From NCBI RefSeq assembly GCF_006345805.1, contig NW_021825510.1, positions 1 through 15,571 on the forward strand: DNA of 15,571 nt. Direction: 5' to 3'. This document shows positions 8,338-15,571 of this stretch, in pieces. Each line of letters opens with the position of its first letter. Positions within the stretch are counted from its first letter, which is position 1. The position numbers and the translations under genes were made by a program. Below the pieces are notes generated by a model, which was not told the DNA's origin, did no database searches, and saw only the letters and a program-made list of their open reading frames with translations. Source of the DNA: Octopus sinensis. Taxonomy: Eukaryota.

Positions 8338-10246
8338 AAGAGGAAAAAACACAAGCCCTGGGTGACGAAGAAGGTTAAACGAGAACGTCGACTCAGAGAT
8401 ATTGCTTGGGCTGAATTCAAAAATCTGGATTCGACTGCAGCTTTTGAGGTGTACAAAACTCAACGAGACCGAGCCGTGAAAATTGAAAAGAAAGAACGCT
8501 TCAGTTATGAATACAAAATCGCGGCAAATGGCCAGTAGCAATCCAAAAACCTTCTTTGCCCATGTCCAGCGGAATTCCCGCTTGAACAACCAGATTGCAA
8601 CGTGGTAGACTCAACAGGCGTATCGATTGAGGACCCTTATCAACAGAGTCAATTATTTGCCGAGGCTTTTTCAAATATTTCAAACAAGATGATGGTCGTG
8701 AACCCCCTCCCTTTGATATAGATCGGTACCTCCAATGCTTCGATTGATCATCACGCGGGACGAAGTCAAACGTGTTATTCAAGGCCTCGATGTCAACAAG
8801 GGTCACGGCCCTGACGGCATACACCCACGGGTTATCAAAGCGTTGGCTCCGGTCATCTGCGAGCCCTTAACACGACTATTCAATATGTCATTGGCGACGG
8901 GTGTTATACCTGCAGACTGGAGAACAGCGATAATCTGCCCAATTTTCAAGAAAGGGAGCCGCGAAGACCCGCTTAACTACCGACCGGTTTCCCTTACATC
9001 AATAATCAGCAAGATGTTCGAAACCATCCTTAGAAAAGTATGATGCTCCACCTCCTAAACACAGCCTCGATCACTGATTCCCACACACGGCTTCGTGCCG
9101 AAGAGATCATGCTTGACCAACTTACTAGTAATGGAAGAATTGGTGACGCGCATCCTCGATGATAGTGATGCTGTTGACATCGTTTTATTGGACTTTGCCA
9201 AAGCTTTTGACTCGGTAAACCACCGCCTACTACTTGTCAAGCTTCAAGCATATAGTTTTCCATCCGGATATTGTACGATGGGTTGGTGCTTTCCTCTCAG
9301 ATCGCTTCCTCCTTCCCAGTTCAAGTTATAGTTCACGGTCCGACGTCTCCAGTGCGAGCAGTGGCGTGCCTCAAGGTTTAGTGCTGGGCCCTTTGTTCTT
9401 AGTCTTCATAAATGACTGCCCGACGACCTCACGCAACACACCCTTCTATTTGCCGACGATATCAAACTGGTCGCTCCTCGCGGTAGTATAGAGGATCTTC
9501 GTCGATGCCTCCACCAAATTTGGAAGTGGTCTAACGATTGGGACCTGTGTCTGAACGTGTCAAAGTGCTGTCATCTGCCTGTCGGCTCTACTCCTGCAAC
9601 TCAACTTGATTTCGAGCCGGGTCGTCTGCTTCTGGAGAGGACCGATCAGGTAAAGGACCTGGGTATCTTGGTGGATTCCTCATTTTCGCCTTCGGCCCAG
9701 TGCGTCCATGCTGCCAACAAAGCGCGCGGAATTCTGTTTTTGATTCGACGGTCATTCGGAATGCTCACAGCAGCCATTTTCCTGCCACTCTATGTCACGC
9801 TGGTGAGACCCATATTGGAGTATGGGATTCAAGCCTCTTCTCCTTATCTCCTCAAAGACATACAGCATCTCGAAAGAGTCCAGAGGCTGGCTACCCGCAT
9901 GGTTCATGGTCTCAAAATTTGTCCTACAAGAAAGGCTGAGGACGCTCGACTTTATTCTCTTGAAAAACACCGCCGCCGTGGTGATCTCATTCTCGCCCAC
10001 AACATCATAAGCGGGAAGTGTAACCTCTCGAAAGAGCTGTTCTTCACTCCTGCTCCGGAGCGTCAGCTGCGGGGTCATTCCGAAAAGCTCTACCTGCGAC
10101 GATTTCATCTCAATCGAAGGAGAAGAGCTTTCTCCGTCCGGGTTGCGGATCCGTGGAACAAGCTGCCAGACGAGATGGTGAAGATGCCGACGACCGCTTT
10201 GTTCAAAGCCTCCCTGGACCTCAAGTGGCCTGAACTCTTTACATGA
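8338..10246 (+). pseudogene. LINE ORF2 reverse transcriptase and C-terminal region (about 10-11 single-base frameshifts by manual reading)
   Basis: Stitched from an unlisted open frame at 8338-8530 and ORFs 8735-9043, 9095-9331, 9234-9491 and 9557-10246. Confidence 0.93.
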
Positions 10247-10330
10247 ACACCACCCTGTACTTAACTCCATGTCCCCCTACATGGCCTTGCTATTTGCTTT
10301 TGAGCCAAATTAACTAACTAACTAACTAAC
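8338..10330 (+). mobile_element. CR1/jockey-group non-LTR retrotransposon, 5'-truncated, with a (TAAC)5 tail and 7-bp TSD
   Basis: ORF2 motifs KPW, NPKTFF, GPDGIHPRVIK, YRPVSLTS, HGF..KRSCLTNL, DFAKAFDSV, SGVPQG.VLGP, FADDIK, KDLGI, LVRPILEYG, RRRGDLI, LRGH, WNKLP, FKASLD. The stop is at 10246 and the tail at 10311-10330. actaccc occurs at 8331-8337 and 10329-10335. Confidence 0.95.
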
Positions 10331-10809
10331 TACCCGTCTGATAAAGGTACACCAGGCACATGCATCACAACCATATGTGCGCGACATGGTGATTTCATAT
10401 CAAGATAAACAGCACATGACCTTGCAGGTGGGGCCCAGTTAGAATTTTCTTCAGGTTGAGTAGCCCATCCCGCTCAAAAGGTCCATGAATAAGGGTTGTT
10501 TAAGGATTTGAAAGAACCACCCATGTTTCCAGAGGTGAATTATTCAAACCCAAAGAATCCCTCTCAACACATGGCTATGCTCCCCCACTACTACTTCTGC
10601 TCGTGATCAGAGATGCACATATCGTCAGCCACTAGGGACATCTCAATCAACTGGTTACGGTCAAACAACTGACAAGCAAATCTGTAATTGAGCAGAATAT
10701 TTGCTGTAGCCCATCTTTTATACCAAGACAAAATGTAATGTACACTGATAACACTTCCAATCATTAAGATCAGAAGCCATGAGAGCCACTGCCTGGTACT
10801 CATCGGGCA

Positions 10810-10810
<1 letters not shown>

Positions 10811-10840
<30 letters not shown>

Positions 10841-10851
10841 TATTATTATTA

Positions 10852-10884
<33 letters not shown>

Positions 10885-11027
10885 CATTATTAGATTATTA
10901 TCATTATTATTATTATTATTATATTATTATTATTATTAATTATTATTATTATTATTATTATTATCATTATTATTATTATTATTATTATTATTCTTATTAT
11001 TATTATTATTATTGTTTTATTATTAAT
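10811..11027. repeat. (TTA)n/(TAT)n microsatellite
   Basis: Directly visible. Confidence 0.98.
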
Positions 11028-11030
11028 TAA

Positions 11031-11154
11031 GGCGGCGAGCCGGCGGAATGGTTAGCACGCCGGGCGAAATGCCTAGCGGTATTTCGTCTGCCGCTACGTT
11101 CTGAGTTCAAATTCCGCCGAAGTCGACTTTGCCTTTCATCCTTTCGGGGTCGAT
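11031..11154 (+). mobile_element. SINE-B (second tRNA-derived family), head plus start of the body, 3'-truncated
   Basis: ggcggcgagccggcggaatggttagc (A-box-like), gagttcaaattcc at 11103-11115 (B-box-like), then gtcgactttgcctttcatcctttcggggtcgat. It is unrelated in sequence to SINE-A. Confidence 0.8.
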
Positions 11155-11507
11155 TCTATCGGTCACTTTTTGCCGAACCGCTAAGTTACGGAGACGTAAA
11201 CAAACCACCATCGGTTGTCAATCGATGCAGGAGGAACAAATACCGACACACAAACATATACATTCACACTCACACACACACACATACACACACACACACA
11301 CACACAGACACACACATATATGTATATATATATATATATTTGTATATATACGACGGGCTTCTTTCAGTTTCCGTCTACTAAATCCACTCACAAGACTTTG
11401 GTCGGCCCTGGCTATAGTAGAAGAAACTTGCCTAAGGTGCCACGCAGCGGGACTGAACCCAGAACCATGTGGTTGTTAAGCAAGCGACTTACCACACAGC
11501 CACTCCT
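11153..11507 (-). mobile_element. SINE-A 5' two-thirds, including the head and internal CA/TA tract
   Basis: High similarity to 13478-13633 and to the reverse complement of 4982-5270. It ends cttaccacacagccactcct. Confidence 0.93.
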
Positions 11508-11934
11508 ATGATTTTGCTGAAAGAGCGCGTTAAGATTAAAATAACCTTAATTCTCCTGGACGACCTTTCCAAATAATAAATGGAGCATTCAGTTTTCATT
11601 TTCGGCTTCCCTTTCCCTAAATACATTTTCTTATATTTCTTTGAAGGTTTTGGTTTTTGTCATTTATTTTGTTCTTTTTTGTGGGCATTTTTTAGTAACT
11701 TTTTGTGAACTAAAGTTTTCGAATTTGACCGAAGGCAGAGCTTGACCGTCAACATACTTTGTGATTTTAAGCTTTTGTCGATTGTTAGCATGATTTTTGA
11801 TAACATGCGCTGGTCTTAAAATTTTCTTCGTAACGAGGCATTTTTGTTTTTGATTTTATATTCTTTTATTCTCTTATGCGTTTCAGCCCAAAGGGCTATG
11901 ACCTTACTGTGACACCGTCAGTATAATCACCTCT

Positions 11935-12690
11935 TCAACGGCCATTCTCTCGTGATTGGCTTTTGGTGAAAGAGGGAATTCGATATTGCTGTCCTCTTTG
12001 AGTTTCATGCAGTGATGTAGTTTCACCTGGAACCTTGGATAGTAGAAGGTCAAGCTGTTTCTTGAAAAAAAATCTACTCCATTCCATGCAGATCTCTGAG
12101 GAGTTTTGGCAGGACATTAAATAGCTGTGACCCTTTGAATCCTAAGGTTTTGCAGTGCCTAGTCCTCACGCAAGACGGGGTGGGTGGGGCCTTTGGAACA
12201 GAGCAGTGACGTCCAGTTCAGGGAATTGGTATAATCCTTGATGCCAAGGTTTGGTGCCAATCCCTCTAGTATCGCCGTAGTTATATCACTGCATATCTCT
12301 CCTGGGAGTAGAGTGGTAATTCTTTTAGTTTCACCCAATAACTCAACTGTTCTATTGATGTGATCTTCCTACTGTAGCACTGCTAAACTGCCTCAAGTTT
12401 CGCTATAAATTTAACTCCGTAGGGTGACTGTAGTTGAGAGCAGTAGTCCAGACGGCTGAAGACAAATGTCCTTCATAGATCCAGTATAGCTTCTTGGCCC
12501 CTTTCTCTGAAGATTCTCAGAACCCATCCAGGCATTTGCCTGCACATCTTGGGGGTATGAACAAGAAAGGAGGAGTCATTGTACATATCAATCCCGATAT
12601 CATACACTGTGTTTGATTCTGGGATTACGGCTCGCTTTGACCCAAAGTATCTTTGTTGCGGCATATTAGCGCAAACTGACTGATAGCAGA
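11935..12690 (-). mobile_element. Decayed 3' end of a second CR1/jockey-group LINE family
   Basis: IPESNTVYDIGI...CRQMPGWVLRIF...FSRLDYCSQL.SPY...KLEAV*QCYSRKI...LSYWVKLKEL.LYSQ...LEGLAPN...GRHCSVP...GSQLFNVLPK.LRDLHG...FFKKQLDLLLSKVPGE. It has in-frame stops and frameshifts. Confidence 0.88.
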
Positions 12691-12717
12691 AATACCCCGC
12701 TCCTTCCTTCCTTCCTT

Positions 12718-12990
12718 ATATACATACGTACGTACATACATACACACATACACACACACACACACGTACATACATACATACATACATGCATACATACATA
12801 CGTACATACATACATACATACATACATACATAAATACATACATACACACATACGTACGTACATACATACTTACATACATAAATACATACACACATACATA
12901 CATACGTACATGAATAAATACATACATACATACATACATACATACATACATACATACATACATACATACATACATACATACATACATGCA
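12718..12990. repeat. (CATA)n microsatellite
   Basis: Directly visible. Confidence 0.98.
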
Positions 12991-13149
12991 TAAGTTAACC
13001 AATACTTGGATGTTCTGTAGTGATATCGCTATCAAAGCAATGTCTTAGATGTTCTGCCCTGGTACATCTGCCTCACAACACGCTAAGTTGTAGGTCAGTT
13101 TGACCGCAACATTATCAAACAGCTGTATACTTCTAATATAAATACTGCA

Positions 13150-13247
13150 TATATTTTCATAAATAAACTAATCTAACATCTTCAATCATTGTAGGAGAGA
13201 CCAAGCTAGGTTAGCTGAGGTTAGATTAGTTTGTTTATGAAAATATA
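13150..13247. repeat. Inverted repeat, 28-bp arms (1 mismatch) with a 42-bp spacer
   Basis: tatattttcataaataaactaatctaac (13150-13177) versus gttagattagtttgtttatgaaaatata (13220-13247). Confidence 0.9.
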
Positions 13248-13377
13248 CAAAATATTCGCTCTCAATCACGTCTCTCGGTATGGATTTCATCAGTAAATTT
13301 TTTCTTTTTCTTTTTACCATAATTTTTACCAAATAATTTTTTCGCTATGAACATCTATGGTCTAATTTATTTGAACG

Positions 13378-13980
13378 ATCAACAACTGCTAAAGATGCCA
13401 TCAAGATACTACGTCCCAGCAAGACAGTTGCTAAAACTATACGCAGTGCTATCCCCAAAAAACAGGCTCTCCTGGGTCGACGGGCTTCTTTCAGTTTCCG
13501 TCTACCAAATCCACTCACAAGGCTTTGGTCGACCCGAGGCTATAGTAGAAGACACTTGATCAAGGTGCCACGCAGTGGGACTGAACCCGGAACCATGTGG
13601 CTGGTAAGCAAGCTACTTACCACACAGCCACTCAGTAAAACTTCTAGCGCAAACACAACAGGTAGGATATCTTTTGGGAGGACAAACAAGAAAAAGGTGT
13701 AAACCATCACAGACTTCAGCTGCCCAACTGATGTGAATATCTTTGAAGATCAAAGAGAAAGAAAATAACTACAGTCAGTTGCTTCGAAACCTCAAGCTTC
13801 TGTATAAAGATTATAAATCTATACCAGTAATAACTGGTGTTTTTGTTTTTGTGCGTAAATACCTAACTGACCATCAGGAAAGGCTGAGGTTGTCATTCAA
13901 AATAATCAACTAACACGCACTTTACAGATATAATCTGTAAACGGAGCAATAAAAATATGCAAGATTTTTCTAAAGTTACA
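13378..13980 (+). mobile_element. Fragment of an RLE-endonuclease non-LTR retrotransposon (R4/Dong-like C-terminus), interrupted by SINE-A
   Basis: INNC.KMPSRYYVPAR..VAKTI (end of the zinc knuckle), then after the SINE KTSS.KHNR*DI.W.DKQEK...ITDFSCPTDVNI.LKIKEKENNYSQLLRNLKLLYKDYKSIPVITG...LTDHQERL...LQI*SVNGAIKICKIFLK. This fits the RPD...D...P.D.N...K..EK..Y signature of PD-(D/E)xK-type RLE domains. Confidence 0.8.
13478..13633 (-). mobile_element. SINE-A 5' portion (head and body), low divergence
   Basis: cgacgggcttctttcagtttccgtctaccaaatccactcacaaggc...cttaccacacagccactc. Confidence 0.93.
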
Positions 13981-14261
13981 AAATGCGAATTTGCTTTGGT
14001 TACATTCCAAAAACGAAGTTATGTATCGTTATTAAAATGTTACTCCTTCCTTACGGGAAGACTTCCAGTAATTAAACAGAAGAGAGCATAAATATCCGGT
14101 CACTGTCATCTAAATACTTTCAAAAACCCACTTTCTGCTATGTAGACTGGTATATTTTTCTTTCGTGAAGAGAAATTCGAAAATAATTCAGAACACACCG
14201 GAGTATAAACATCCATATAGGTATAGCATACTACATGCGCGCACACACACTCAATCCTTGA

Positions 14262-14313
14262 TACCTATCTATCTATCTATCTATCGATCTATCTATCCTA
14301 TCTATATATATAT

Positions 14314-14352
<39 letters not shown>
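14262..14352. repeat. (CTAT)n then (TA)n microsatellite
   Basis: Directly visible. Confidence 0.95.
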
Positions 14353-14354
<2 letters not shown>

Positions 14355-14358
<4 letters not shown>

Positions 14359-15512
14359 ACGGAACGGAATCACCCGTCGTCGCCCGTCCCGAACGGCTCA
14401 CACAAGTTCCGCCCGGAACCCAAAGAGGCGGAGAGAGGAGATACAGATAGATACTGCACAACCTCAACAGCACAGATACAGAGGCACAAAACCCGAGATA
14501 CAACCCAAAGAGGCAAGGCAACAAATGGCAACACTGGCTTATATTCAAACAACAGTTTTATACGACAATATATAATTGTTACAACATCAAGATACATCAA
14601 AGCATGCACGTGACTACTCAATACATAATACAACAGCATTTCAAGAGTACAACTCAAAGCATAATACAACATCATGTAACAATTCAAGAGTACACGTCCC
14701 AAGACAACAGTTCTTTAAAGTCTCTTCCTAAACATCACAATCAACAAGTCCTTTACTCTTCTTCTTCACAATGTCCTTTATCGACTATATCAAAGTCCTT
14801 CTTTTTCTCTCTCTTTCTCTTTCTTTTCTTTTACAGTCTCTTTACATCGTGACACAAATCAATGCACAAAACACATACCTCAATTCCCAATTGAATCTGC
14901 CAGTGTCCCATTCCTCTCAATCCTGCCAATTCCTCTGAATACTGCTAAATCCTTCTGTACATATCCCTTCTGCATATTCCAATCGTTTGCTCCTCAAATC
15001 CCAAGATCCCTGCTGATCTGTCCAAGATCCGTCTGTGTTCTTCCACGACCGCTCAACCGACCGCAAGATCCGTCTGTGTTCTTCGACGACCAACTACCAA
15101 CTGCCCAGACCTCACTTCGTCTCTGTGCTTCTTCCACTCCCTCATCTCCCTCTGTACCGCTCATACCCTCTCTAACTGCCCTGGTCCCTATACTCTATCT
15201 ATATCCTCAATCTGTCCCTTACTGCTTATCCTTTCTATCTGCTCTCTGAGCCTTACTCTATCGCTATCGCCTGCCAGACTCTTCCTCTCTATCTGTCCCT
15301 TTTCTCTTACACTCTATCTCTATTTGCTCTCAGCCCTTAATCTGTCTTCCTCTCTCTCACATTCTCCTGACCCTCTTCTCAGCCGCACGAGGTCACAGGT
15401 CATTCCAAAACCCATCAGTCCTCCATTAGACAAAAGACTGTCACATTTTCACCAGACATGATGGTGCCATTATTCCTATGTGGGTCAGAAACACTGCACT
15501 AGTTAAACCCGT

Positions 15513-15516
<4 letters not shown>
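14355..15516 (-). mobile_element. Solo-LTR-like element (~1.16 kb; TGTTACGG...CCGTAACA) inserted in (TA)n
   Basis: Inverted TG...CA termini, no coding capacity, and internal short direct repeats (28 bp at 15023-15050 and 15064-15091). The minus strand runs from a purine-rich region to ATAAAA/AATATA-like signals and a GT-rich end, as expected for U3-R-U5. Orientation is inferred. Confidence 0.7.

Positions 15517-15518
<2 letters not shown>

Positions 15519-15560
<42 letters not shown>
15519..15560. repeat. (TA)n microsatellite
   Basis: Directly visible. Confidence 0.97.
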
Positions 15561-15563
<3 letters not shown>

Positions 15564-15571
15564 AATATTAG

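Larger units (their letters stand above)
8259..10810. mobile_element. Unclassified ~550-bp element (8259-8337 joined to 10336-10810), flanked on both sides by (TTA)n and interrupted by the LINE
   Basis: The two halves rejoin across the LINE TSD (atcattactaccc|gtctgataa). Both ends pass sharply into (TTA)n (8228-8258 and 10811-11027). No ORF or Pol III boxes were recognised. Repeat status is inferred. Confidence 0.55.

Noticed and set aside
8136-10270. Minus-strand ORFs over the LINE (e.g. 9752-10270, 8501-8824)
   Set aside because: These are antisense shadows of a GC-balanced coding sequence, with no independent motifs.
12991-13140. Continuation of the minus-strand LINE beyond the (CATA)n tract
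   Set aside because: No RT motif (e.g. YADD, W..FN..K) was recognisable in any frame.
13260-13293. Minus-strand CTGATGA as a hammerhead core
   Set aside because: It is followed by aatccataccgaga, with no stem II and no GAAA.
1-15571. CRISPR array or prokaryotic/phage system
   Set aside because: There is no repeat-spacer array or operon structure. All content is eukaryotic transposable elements and simple repeats.

Overview
Eukaryotic, repeat-saturated non-genic DNA with no recognisable intact host gene. The two tRNA-derived SINE families and the microsatellite density suggest an octopus (coleoid cephalopod) genome; this is inferred from recalled SINE consensus sequences, not from a search. 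In order, the window holds: a frameshifted minus-strand Penelope-like retroelement (RT plus C-terminal GIY-YIG, Naiad-like) with two long Asn-rich spacers; several copies of a tRNA-derived SINE (called SINE-A here); a ~170-bp island with two hammerhead-like motifs; and the 3' half of a DD37D (maT) Tc1/mariner transposase. A nested stack follows, in which a split SINE-A contains (TTA)n, a ~550-bp unclassified element and a SINE-B head, and the unclassified element carries a 2-kb CR1-like LINE with a 7-bp TSD and a (TAAC)5 tail. The last third holds a decayed second LINE 3' end, a 28-bp-arm hairpin, an RLE-endonuclease (R4/Dong-like) retroelement fragment missed by the ORF track, and a ~1.16-kb TG...CA solo-LTR-like element in (TA)n. 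Most listed ORFs are microsatellite or antisense artefacts. The many single-base indels with few nonsense substitutions in the younger elements look like long-read assembly error.
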